Below, in pieces: positions 52,770-64,000 of a stretch of 64,000 bases of DNA. Position numbers and translations under genes: made by a program. Source of the stretch: Eledone cirrhosa. Its lineage: Eukaryota. The notes under the pieces are model-generated. The model was not told the DNA's origin. It saw only the letters and a program-made list of their open reading frames with translations, and did no database searches. How positions within the stretch are numbered: position 1 is the first letter of the stretch; each line of letters starts with the position of its first letter. The stretch covers positions 117,614,001 through 117,678,000 of the forward strand of contig OZ024742.1 in the NCBI GenBank assembly GCA_964016885.1, given 5' to 3'.

Positions 52770-54500
52770 ATGGTCAAGAGTTCAAATGGGGGTGGTTAAG
52801 AGAGCAAGACCATCTGTTTGATTGTCAAACTATACCGCCCCTTATTGGAACCCTTCCATAACGAACGCTCGGTCCACCAGGGATGTTCCCTCTCCCTTTC
52901 CTCTATGTGTTGATTTGGAACCTTTACTGTGGAGAATAGAAATCTTAAGAAAAATTCCGCATGAACTTGGTTGCAGAGCAGCAGTGTCTGTATATTGAGA
53001 TTACGACCCTGTCATGGTGTCGGACACATCAGATGTAGAGGCTATCTGCACCATACTTGAAGAATACTAGCATATCATTGGAGTTTGCCATAATCTGAAC
53101 AAGTCAGTCGGGCTTGCAGCTTGGCAAGTGTAAAGGCAGGCCTCCGCCGGCCAGTGGAAATTTCTGCCCCTAGATCGACGGCATGGTTAAAGGCTTGGAG
53201 CCTGATTTGGACATAACCTCCAAGTAGATGAGAACTGTGAGGTCACGAATAAGTAATCAATCTTACTCAGAAAGGAGCAGAGAGTAAAACACCTGACCAG
53301 ACTGCAAAGCATGCTCTTCCACCTTTTGTGGAACGGACAAGTCGCACTAATCAGAAAATCCCTCTGTTACCCACTCCATGATGGCTTCTAGGTGCCTTCG
53401 CTAATGATGCGAGAATATACTTCATGACTAATGGACCTGCGGAATTACCTCAAGTACCGCAACTACGATGACAAAAGAGAAGCCCAACTAGCGTGGACGC
53501 TTTTCGTGAGGCATGTCTTTCTGTAGCTTCTCTCCTTGTCCCAGCTATAGTGCAGTGTCAAACGTGATAGGTAGCCGAAACACAACACTTGAATTCTATA
53601 GAGGGCTAGAGGAAAGTATGAGCGACAATGGCCTGGGAGCTGCCCTGGACATCAACGAGGACAGTCTAAATAGACTCCTTTGGAGGATTTTCAGGTCGGG
53701 GGGGGGGGGGGGGGGGGTTATGGAGAATTTCCAAAACTCCTTGGCATGACTGCATAAGAGCGACAGTATCAGTTAGAGACAAGCTTTACAGACACGGAAA
53801 ACCCAACAGCCGAACCTATCAGATACACACAGGGCAACAAAACCATCCTACATGCTATTGCCCAGTGCCCGTGTATTACAGACTCGTGGGCTTGTGTCGA
53901 ACAATGCTATCTTGTGTAGGACAGATCTGATTATCAGCTGGGTCTATAGTGAAAATTGAACCGCTACTTTATTTTAGAAGAATAGCACAGCAAATCTTCC
54001 TCTGTCCAGTAACAATGACTAAAGAAGCTGTATGGTGAATACGTCTAAAAGGTGTGTGGACAGGAATCTTCTCTTGCCAAGCCATCATCACATGGAAGGG
54101 GGGGATAAATAGAGAAGTGCTGCCTTCTATTGGGTTTTATGAGGTGGGTGAGAGCTGCGCGATTGACAAGGCTCAATGAGCCTACTCTGACTAGACTTCT
54201 CTAAGATAGGAAGAAAGAAACGGTGAGAGGGCTTTTTCAATGCTTGTGAGGCGACAGAGTAACCCAGGATTTTGTGTGGGTTTCCTCTGGAATTACCCTA
54301 TGGCGCAGACCCCATCCTTATTGGGGAACTGCCCCAAGTTGACATTTGATATTGGTTTCTCTATGCATTGTCATTACAATATTTTCGGCTATGTCCTCTC
54401 CCCTTTATTTGATGTAAACCCCACTTTGTGTTATGTTTCGTCCTTGTACTGTCCCCCTTATGACCAACAAAATAAATCATTATTATTATTGTTGTTGTTG
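52770..54500 (+). mobile_element. Degenerate L1/Tx1-like LINE (RT to 3' end)
   Basis: SVHQGCSLS..LYVL..EPLLWRIE (RT motif B), NLNKS and TILHAIAQCPCITDSW (zf-RVT-like). Ends aataaa plus (att)n. Confidence 0.7.
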
Positions 54501-56127
54501 TATAAAATAAATTAGAATTAATATATTTATTGGAAAGACACAAATGTATTTGAGTACGAAAAATACATCAACCACAAACATCTTTCTTGGCACACTATCG
54601 TCATATCAAGGGAGGTAACTCTTAAATTATAAAATTGTAATGTATCATTTATCCAGGGACGTAAATTTTAGATCATCGCGCCAAGATCAATTGTTATCTT
54701 TCTTGTTTTTACTTGTCATTCAGAAATTTAAAGAAAACGTCTACAAAGGAGCCTATGCGTGGTCGCACGACCTGTTAGAAATAGCAGACAGATTTTTCTC
54801 ACACTTAAAAAGGAAGGACACATGGCAAATAATGATTTCTACTATAGGCACAAGGCCATACAGAAATGCTAAATACACTGTCTGGAATAAGGACGGGATG
54901 GTCCTGACTGGAATGCTTTTCATCATAAATAAGCTCAATGAAGAAAACATTTTTTGTTATATTTTAATTTATTATTATTTACATAAATAGGTTGATGGAT
55001 TGGCAGTATCAGTGGGGCGCCGGACACCATATTTCGTGGCGTAGAGTTACAGCTCTTTACTTCTGATTTCAAAACCCACCGAGATTAACTTTGCCTTTCA
55101 TCCTTACGAAGTCAATAAAATAAAGCACCAGTAATGCACCGGAGTCGATTTAATTGACTTTCCCCTCCCCTACAAATTGTTGATTTTGTGCCTAAAGTAG
55201 AAACAATTATTATTTACTTAAATATTCTATACACAGATTTTATCCGCATTTGCACGTTTAATGAGTTTTACCCATCTTTTTAACTTTTTTACTATTTTTT
55301 TTAATGATTTTCGGATTTTTGTTTTGAACACTAGAGATCCAGAATTTTTTTTTTTTTTTTTTTTTTTTCATCCTTAAGCAATTGAAACTGAAACAACAGC
55401 ATTTTAAATTTTCCGAAAGTAAAACGACTAATACTTTAAAATGCAAACAAAATACATTCGTAAACTTCAAATGTAAAAGGAATATGTTTAAATTGTTAAT
55501 ATGTACACTTGTAAACAAACAACTCTGATAAATTACAATATTTTTTTCTTTGTTTTTAATTGGGTGGTTCTGAATCTCTGATGTTTAAAATCTAAATATA
55601 CGAAAACCGTTCTTTGAAGCTGTAAAAAAAAATTAGAGAGAAGTTAAAAGAAAAAAACGTTTAAGCGAGTAAATGCCATTTTTTTCTTGGTGAATCCCTT
55701 GTCATACATACTCGTAGTTCATTCTGTTGTCTAATAGTATTTAGATAACATATTCCATGGATTTCGTTTATTCTCGTGATCTCTACAATGAATACATTCA
55801 CTAAATGTTCATGTTTTGAGATATTTTAAAACTAATTTATAACGCAGTTTTCTTTTCTTTTTTTTTTGTCTACTGGTAATATGGCAATGGATATTTCAGT
55901 TTATTACAACAGTGAATAGACAATTAAAGAACATTATCTATGAATTGGCAGTATCGGTAGAGGGTTGGACGCCATGCTTTGACGCATAGAGTTACGGCCC
56001 TTGCCATTCTGAGTTCAAATCCCGCCGAGGTTAACTTTGCCTTTCATCCTTACGGGGTCGATAAAATAAAGTACCAGTAATGTACTGGGTAATTGTTGGC
56101 CTTGTGCCAAAAGTAGAAACAATTATT

Positions 56128-56632
56128 TATATATATAAAACTGATGTTGTCTGTGTGTGTGTCCACATTTTTGCAAAGTCTATACAAATCCACATTTCTA
56201 CTCCAATTGACTTCAAACTTGCATTTATATATAGAGAGAGATCTGCGCGTTCTTTATTGTTCTCCATTCTGTAGAGGGAGAGAGAGGGGTTATGAGTGAG
56301 AGAGAGAGAGCGAGAGAAAGAGAAAGAGGGTATGAGAAAAAAGGGAGAGAGGGGTTGAGAAAGAAAGAAAGAGAGTGAGGAACTTTAACTTATATTTATT
56401 TATCTATTCTTTACACACTGTTCAACTCTCCCCTTTCCTCAACCTAACGTCTATTTCTCTCTTTCACACAAGACGTACTGTGACTGTGTGTGTTATATAT
56501 ATTTATGTTCGCACACACAAAAAGACGCATCTCTCTCTATATATATATATATAAAGAGAGAGAGAGGGGGTAGAGATATCTGCGCGTTCTTTATTGTTCT
56601 CCATTCTGTAGAGGAAGAGAGAGAGAGGGGGG

Positions 56633-56703
<71 letters not shown>

Positions 56704-58090
56704 GAGAAAACAAGTCTTTTTATTTGTAAACTTTCTACTCCAACCATAATTTTCAGTAGCACCACTCCACATAAATTCCTCAATTTAAGAACGACCTGTA
56801 GTATCTATTTCATACTATTAACCTTATTTGAATATATATCTGACCAGGAATGCCTTTTGTGAAAATCAGTCATATGGAACTATTGTCATCTTGCCTGAGG
56901 GTTTGAACTTTACAGAACCACCTGCCTCTTTGAGGTCAAATACCAACCCTACTACCATCTACAAACTGACCAATGAGAATCAAGACTATTCCTGCTGACA
57001 GCATTAACTTATTCCTAACAAGCTCATATGTCCCAAGGCTAAACACAGAGCTGGCATATCTAAGAACTGACCAACTGCCTGATGAGGTCGTAGCCATTCA
57101 ATGGCTATCATCGAAATATATATAGCAGTAAATAAAGGATTATGAGTTCATGCAATTGACTTATGTTTCGTCACTATATATATATATATTTGTTATAAGA
57201 ACAGATTAAAGTTTAAGCAAAGAATCGCTGCTTTCAACATTAAAAAACTAAACTTCTGAAACTAAAAAATTCAATCTGTGAACGCAAAAGTAAATATTTC
57301 GAAGGAAAACAGGAAGACGATATTTTGGTTCGTGAAGACGTTCCCTGGCAATGAACGGAAAAAAAGCGAGGATAATACGTCGTTATGTGGAGCGTGAAGA
57401 ACAATTTCATGCAAAGACAAGACCAAGTTTATGGTATAAATGGAGTCGTTAGACTAATATTCTATTTTTAAAAAAAACGAATGATTTCCAGCCCCGGAGT
57501 TTAAGAATGATGTAAATAAAATTGTAAACGAAAATGACAGAGGTTATTAAAATAGTAAAAGTAAAAAGTGAAGTTTTAGGCCAGTACATACGTATGTGCC
57601 GACGGACATACACATACATACGCACACACAAATACATACACACACACACAAACACACACGCGCGCGTGTGTAAACCTTATGCATTTCTACAGTATTTTCA
57701 CCAAACTTAAGACATAGGTCACTTATGTACTCCGGATGGTCATGGGCACTTTTATTTTTCCAGATATTGATTATAGGGCCTCCCGGCAGATAACCCCCTT
57801 TAACCACTTCCTTGCAGTGCAATGCAACAAAACGTCATGGAGTTAAAAATCTGTTGCGACAACAGATTTTGACAAAACTTGACACATGGGCTACGTTTAT
57901 TCTACAGATGAATGTGAACTCTCAGAATTGGCACATATTGACTAGGGGACCCCTGGGGGCAGGAACCCTTTTTTGGAAAAAGCCGATGATTTTGTGAAAG
58001 TATAGTTTTCGAAGCAGCACTGAAGTATTGACATAAATGGTATACATAACTGCTATTTAATACCAGAGCAACGCCGGGTACCTCTGCTAG
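56128..58090 (+). mobile_element. Composite non-autonomous Helitron-like element, copy B
   Basis: 5' tatatatataaaactgatgttgtctgtgtgtgtgtcc. 3' hairpin accagagcaacgccgggt followed by CTAG|T at 58087-58091. Contains an internal duplication (56226-56296 vs about 56575-56640) and a hammerhead-bearing segment. Whether both ends belong to one element is inferred. Confidence 0.6.
57074..57129 (+). ncRNA. Minimal type-I hammerhead ribozyme (intact core), sister of 25832-25887
   Basis: actgc-CTGATGA-ggtcgtagccat-tca-atggctatcatc-GAAA-tatata-TA-gcagt. Differs from the 25.8-kb copy at two positions: an A-U to G-U change in helix II and one loop base. Confidence 0.8.
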
Positions 58091-58701
58091 TAAATTATAT
58101 AAATACATAACATTACAAATTGCTGACAATTCTTTCAAAAATAAAATACAAACGCATTTAATAAATACAATACACAAAAATATATCAAATATGTAACTTG
58201 TGTCACATTGTTTGGCAGACATAAAAGAATGTTAGTGTGTTGGCCCGCTTAATAATGAAGTTTAGCTCATTATGGTGAGTGAAATTACCAGCATTCAGGT
58301 AGAAAGACAAACCACGGAGATCTGTGAATTCGAGGATCCTACCACAGCGACATTTCAGTCCCCCCCCCCCCCGACATGAGCTCTCACACTGTGTGCAATG
58401 GAGATGTGGTGCTAAAACAACTGAGTAGGTCACTGATGCTGGCTACAGTTAGGGATTCAACCCTGTCTCCTGAGAATATTGCGCTCGCAGAAAGTAGGTG
58501 ACACCTTTGTGAAATATTTATGGAATTAAGTAATAGAGATATGTCACAGTCACAGTATTTTATTTATAATTTTAAGCTATGTATATATTATCATCATCAT
58601 CATCGTTTAATGTCCATTGTCCACGCTAGCATGGTTTGGATGAGCTGTCCCTTTTTTTTTTTTTTCAATGACGGTAGTATAATTTTTGTTTATGAAAAAT
58701 A

Positions 58702-59008
58702 TCTATATATCTAAAACAGAGAATGTCTGTCTGTCTGTTTGACTCCCTAAAACTCGAGAACCACCCAACCGATTCTTTTCAAACTTTACATATGTAATAC
58801 TTATGGTCGTGTGAGTGTGTTGAGCAAAATATATTTCAAATTTTCAATGCCCTAGGGACCGCATTAGGCGCCGGTTAGAGATCTCTCTGTCTTTCTTAGT
58901 CTGTCCTTTTAGATAGATACATAGCTACAACGTCGCACCTTTATAATATCTGTCTGTATGTCTAGCTGTCTGCATTACGACATTCTTCGTTATCTGTGTG
59001 TATATATG
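58702..59008 (+). mobile_element. 5' part of another Helitron/DINE-like element, interrupted by the Gypsy LTR
   Basis: A|TCtatatatctaaaa...(tgtc)n...caaccgatt...caaacttt, a start typical of non-autonomous rolling-circle elements. Confidence 0.55.
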
Positions 59009-59499
59009 TGTAGCGACACTGGTTGGTCAGTCTAGTCACTACTTCTGATCAGATCCGAGAATAGTGCTTAGAAGGACTGTTATCGCATACGGTCTGATTA
59101 GATATGAAGATAGCCCTTAAAAGAATTGTTGAGGATGGACAGACGAAAGCACAGGTTGAAAGGACGAAGCAAGGCGAGATGCAAATTCGATCAGCTATTT
59201 ATTTTCACATGAAGCAACGATACGGGGTACAAGGCAATGCGTGTGTGAGTGACAAAGCGTGGCAGAGTAAAGGAACAACGATGCGCTAACTGACTGCCAA
59301 AAGTCGACTAGCGAAAGTGTTAGGAACCACTCTATTTATACAGGAACAATCCTTTGTTGTTTAGTCGATGTGTAGGCGTTTATTCTGGTAGGTTCTAATT
59401 CTGGTAGGTTCTAAGGGTTCTTTTGTTTCACGTTGAGTAGCTAGCTAACAGGTAGATGGCGTGGTATATTTCACAGCTGTTATTTCCGGTGGCTGTACA
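59009..59499 (-). repeat. 3' LTR of the Gypsy element (right boundary inferred)
   Basis: 59009-59128 matches 63881-64000 with 3 transitions in 120 bp. TG...CA ends. Minus-strand tataaatag (about 59340) precedes aataaa (about 59200). Weak PPT actggcagtgggctaa. Confidence 0.75.
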
Positions 59500-60345
59500 T
59501 TAGCCCACTGCCAGTTCTTTTGTACAACAAAAGAGCGAAATATCGTATAGGAATGGGCCAGTGGTGCATTTGTCATGACAATAGCCCCAGGAGTGTCCAG
59601 CACGTTGTGAAATTTTGTGATCATCGAGTACAGGACAGAGTCGATGTAGAGATGATATGGCAAGATGTGTGTGTCAGGAAGAGAAAAAAGAAATAAACTA
59701 TAAAATGACTTTGACCAGATTTATGCAGGCGTGATGAATGAGCCTGTTGCAATTTCGGTTGAGCTGCCTGTGAATTGTGTGACAAAAAGTCTAACTGGGC
59801 AGTGAAGATAACCGTAATGTGTGAACTGAATGGCCGTAAGCATGCTGCCTAAAGGTAGCAGCTTGCTCCACAGCATATGACTTGAGCGAATGCATGTGGT
59901 AAAAAAATAGCGAGGCATTCTCGAGCTATTGAGTGAATATGTACGTGAAAACAGAAGGCCAGTGTTTTGAGGTTGTGATTTGTGAAATGCGTGATCAAAG
60001 AGAAAACATTTTGTAGTGTAAGAGTTAGAGGGACACAAATATCTATTGCTCAGTGTATGAACCAAAAGGTGAAACAAATGTGGTTTTGTAGTGTGCATGA
60101 AAAACAGAGTATGTACACGCCTTGTATGTATATAAAAATTATGGCAATTACACAATCAATGTTACAGAACAAGAAAAATACAAATTTTGCAAAACAAGAG
60201 AGAGAAGGAAAAAAAAATGTTATACACAATGATATACACAATGTTTGTTCTTAAATAGTGTTTGTAATAAATAATGTTCATAATAAATAATGTTCGTGAC
60301 ATGAGCACATGATCACTAAAAATTGCAATTGTTCAAGCAGAAAGT

Positions 60346-63300
60346 TCATTGTATTTGAAACTGGAAATAGTAAACACAAGAAAAATGGAAATGTTTTGCA
60401 CGAAGAGTGATTAAGAAACTCACTTGAGGTTTATGGTAATTCACATATTGTGCCAACTTTGCGGGCCAATGGACGCGTCGTCCGCTTCTCGTGACTGGAG
60501 ATGAAACAGGTGGCTCGCTGGGACAGCAATCTGTTGGAGTTTCTGGTGTAGAGACTGTAACAGTATCCATGATGGCTCTTTTTAATCTGTCCACGCTGAC
60601 AGAATTCTGTTTACCATCTAGATCGAGAATAAAATATTTCGGATATTTTTTTAGAACACGATAAGGGCCAGAATATGGAGGTCGAAGATGAGCTGAGATG
60701 GTGTCGTTTCGAACGAAAACGTGTGTCCAATCATCAATGTCTGAAGGTACGTGTGTGGCCGTGTTCTGTTGACGGGTGCTTGCCGGAGCAAGGTGAGACA
60801 TATATTGTCGAAGACGGTGTACGTATGATCCTGGGTCTGGAACATCCTGAGGAGAGATGGGAGCAACCATCTGACCAGGTAGAACCAGGGTGGTGCCGTA
60901 CACTAATTCTGCAGGTGTGTGTCCGAATTCCTCCTTAACGGTGGGTCGAATGCCCAGAAGGATGAGTGGTAGGTATTCAAACCAGTGTGTCTTGTCTGGA
61001 TATGCTTTTATTGCAGCTTTCAATTGGCGATGGAATCTTTCCACGAGACCATTAGCTTGCGGGTGATAAGCTGTCGTGCGGATGTTTACATCCTAACAGG
61101 CGAGTCAGTTCTCTGAAGAGGTGAGAGTCAAATTGGCGTCCTCTGTCCGTTGTTATCTTCGCTGGGGCGCCATAACGTGATACCCAGTGTAAAACCAAAG
61201 TTTTAGCGACTGTTTCTGCTGAGGTATCATTTATGGGAAAAGCCTCAGGCCAACGAGAAAATCGATCGATGCAGGTGAGCAAGTGTGTGTAGTTCTGTGA
61301 TGGTGGTAGAGGTCCGACGATGTCGATATGCACATGATGAAAACGTGCATCAGGTTGCGCGAATGTGCCGAGTGGAGTTTTGATGTGTCTGTGGACTTTG
61401 GCTTTCTGGCAGGCAATGCAGCTCCTGGACCAGTCGCGCACGTCCTTGTTAATGTTAGTCCACACAAAACAAGCAGAGATGAGTTTCTGTGTAGCCCGGA
61501 TTCCCGGGTGAGACAAGCAGTGTAAAGCAGGAAAAACTTGTCGACGATGCATCTGTGGTACGTACGGTCGTTCATGACCGGTAGAAAGGTCGCACCAAAT
61601 TTGTCCCGGAGAAGAAAGAATGGGAACTTGCTGAAACTTGAGAGATGGCGAATCTCGGAGTTTCATAAACTCTTCGTCAGTCTCTTGGTCAGCTGTGATT
61701 TGTTGAAGGTCGATGCCTGAATGCACATGTATTGCGTTCAGCTGGATTCGGGACAGGGCGTCGGCTGCTACGTTGTCTGATCCCTTGATATGCCGAATAT
61801 CAGTTGAATATTGGGAGACAAAATCCAGGTGTCGGAGTTCTCTCGGTGAATGTCGATCAGGTTTGGTACGGAACGCATAAACTAGTGGTTTATGGTCCGT
61901 GTAGATCACGAAATCTGATCCTTCGAGCAAGTGCCGAAAATGCTTAACCGAAAGATAGGTTGCCAAGAGTTCGCGGCCAAAGGTATTGTATTTCGTTTCT
62001 GCCGGTTGCAACCGCTTAGAAAAGAAGGATAAGGGTTACCACACGCCGTCGACATATTGTTGTAGAACGCCTCCAACCCCCGTGTCTGATGCGTCCACTA
62101 GCAGCGAACGAGGAGCGCCAGACCTGGGGGAAAACGAGCATGGAAGCGTTTGCCAACATTTCCTTCAGGCGGTTAAAAGATGTTAATTCTTCCTCGTTTA
62201 GAGTGATTTCTTCGTTTTTGCGAGTCCGGTTACGAAGAAGGTCCGTGAGGAGTCTGGCTGCGTCGGAACAATGAGGGATGAACCGCCTATAAAAATTCAC
62301 CAGACCGAGGAATTCACGCAGTTTCCGAAGTGATGTAGGTGCGGGAAAACTGCGGATAGCTTCTACTTTCTCGGGAAGTGGACGAATGCCGTCTTTATCG
62401 ATGATGTGCCCGAGAAAGGACAGTGAAGGAACGCCGAGAAGGCACTTGCTGGGGTTGATGATGATACCGTACTCAGCCAAACGTCGGAAAAGGAGATCTA
62501 AGTGCTTCTCGTGTTCATTCTCGGAAGCACTTGCTACCAGTACGTCGTCAATATACGCGTATACGAAGGGTAGATCGCGTAACACGGTGTCAATGAACCG
62601 CTGAAAAGTTTGTGCAGCGTTGCGCAGACCGAACGGCATTCGCAGGAATTCGAATAAACCGAACGGTGTTGTGATTGCGGTCTTCGGAATGTCTGCAGGC
62701 TCCATAGGTATCTGGTTATATGCACGCACCAGATATACCTTGGAAAAGATACGTGCGCCTTGCAGAGAGGCAGAAAAATCGTGCAGGTGAGGTACAGGGT
62801 AATTATCGGGCACTGTAGAATTGTTAAGTGCACGATAATCCCCACATGGTCGCCAATCATTCTCGTTTTTTTTTTTGGAACAAGGTGTAGGGGTGCAGAC
62901 CAGTTGCTGGAGGAAGGGCGAATGATTCCGAGGTCCAGCATGTGTTGGAACTCCTGATTGGCGATTCTCAATCGGCCTGGAGGCAGTCTCCTTGGTCGGG
63001 CAGCTGTGGGTGGTCCCTTTGTCTCGATGTGGTGCGTGACACTATGCTTTATGGGACTATCCTTAAATACCGGGCGAGTGATGTCTGGGTATTTCTGGAG
63101 AATGCCGTTGTACCGCGAAGGCTCTGACTGGCAAATTACAGGGCTCACTGTGGATTGCGTCGTAAATATACCTCTCACAGTGAGGTTTGTGGTGGTGTCA
63201 CTAAGCCTCCGGTTCTTCATATCCACCAGAAGGTTGAAGTGGTGGAGAAAATCGGCTCCTAGGATCGGGGTCGGCAGGTCTGCCACGACGAACACCCATT

Positions 63301-63822
63301 GAAAACGCTGCCTCAGGCCTAAATTGAGGGTCAGAGACTTCTCCCCGAAAGTCGGAATTGACGATTGGTTCACTGCCTGCAGAAAGGACGGGGTTGGGTG
63401 TCTTTTGCCCGAGATTAGTGAAACAGGAATAACACTAACCTGTGCTCCTGTATCCACGAGGTAACGGATGCCTGTCGCCTGGTCGTTAATAAAAAATAGA
63501 CGACTTTTCTTTTCAGTACCAGGGGTGAACGTCGTCGCTAGGCCCTGGGTGGCATTCCGGAAAGAGCACGGGGCTTTGCACTTAGATGCCTGTGCGCCGA
63601 AATTTGTGTGATACCAGCAGATGTTGCCAGGCACACGATTTTGACTGGGACTACTGGATTTTTGACTGTGAAAAGGCCTGGCTCGATTGTTGCTGCGTCG
63701 CCGGTATTTGAAAGGTCAAGTTCTCTACCTGATTCGAGAGGTCTTTAATTTGACCAGCCCGCTCTCTGATCATAGCCCGCAGTTCTGAAATCTCGGCTTC
63801 TGTCGTTTGTGACATGTCCATG
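60346..63822 (-). pseudogene. Gypsy gag remnant and pol (frameshifted)
   Basis: CWYHxxFG..A.KC..PC gag tail, protease [21 protein letters not shown] / YIDD, RNase H FGRELLA...TDHKPL...ADALSR, integrase HHCC with [19 protein letters not shown] and PPYSGPY. At least three frameshifts (about 62870, 62125, 61080). Confidence 0.92.
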
Positions 63823-63846
63823 TTGATATTTTCTTAGATGCTGTCT

Positions 63847-63878
63847 GGTTGCGCGTTCGACTCACGTTCGGGTCATCA
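63847..63878 (-). promoter_or_regulatory. Primer-binding site, tRNA-Trp-like and extended
   Basis: The plus strand ggttgcgcgttcgactcacgttcgggtcatca resembles the 3' 32 nt of metazoan tRNA-Trp (recalled as GGTTGCGTGTTCGAATCACGTCGGGGTCACCA). It lies 2 nt from the LTR. Confidence 0.7.
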
Positions 63879-63880
63879 AT

Positions 63881-64000
63881 TGTAGCGACGCTGGTTGGTC
63901 AGTCTAGTCACTACTTCTGATCAGATCCGAGAATAGTGCTTAGAAGGACTGTTATCGCATACGGTCTGATCAGATATGAAGATAGCCCTTAAAAGAACTG
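63881..64000 (-). repeat. 5' LTR (partial, truncated by window end)
   Basis: Matches 59009-59128. Confidence 0.9.

Larger units (their letters stand above)
59009..64000 (-). mobile_element. Ty3/Gypsy LTR retrotransposon, defective, running off the window end
   Basis: Domain order PR-RT-RH-INT between two matching LTRs, with the PBS next to the 5' LTR. Confidence 0.95.

Noticed and set aside
63840-63880. tRNA-Trp gene
   Set aside because: Only the 3' 32 nt or so are present, positioned as the LTR element's PBS.

Overview
Eukaryotic, AT-rich, repeat-saturated DNA with many (TA)n, (CA)n, (GA)n and (CAT)n microsatellites. The mix of tRNA-headed SINEs, RTE LINEs and TA runs resembles a coleoid cephalopod (Octopus-like) genome; this is inference, not a database result. 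Almost all ORFs in the supplied track are microsatellite artefacts or decayed transposon fragments. Recognisable elements are RTE-clade LINE fragments (about 3 families), an L1/Tx1-like LINE relic, at least 2 SINE families, mariner/Tc1 relics, a piggyBac-type MITE pair, non-autonomous Helitron-like elements, and a minus-strand Ty3/Gypsy LTR element (59009 to beyond 64000) that lacks most of gag and has an unusually long tRNA-Trp-like PBS. Host-gene signal is slight: a candidate 18-nt phase-1 microexon (2841-2858) and a candidate terminal exon with a GPI-signal-like tail (27704-27837). The most striking unexplained layer is a dispersed set of short units embedded in (TA)n. These carry minimal type-I hammerhead ribozyme cores (clearest at 25832-25887, 57074-57129, 48272-48336, 48799-48856, 48491-48563 and 8862-8915 on minus), often as fold-back palindromes and next to Penelope-like GIY-YIG relics, pointing to a Penelope/retrozyme-like self-cleaving retroelement system. 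All alignments and folds were made by eye, and TE boundaries are approximate.
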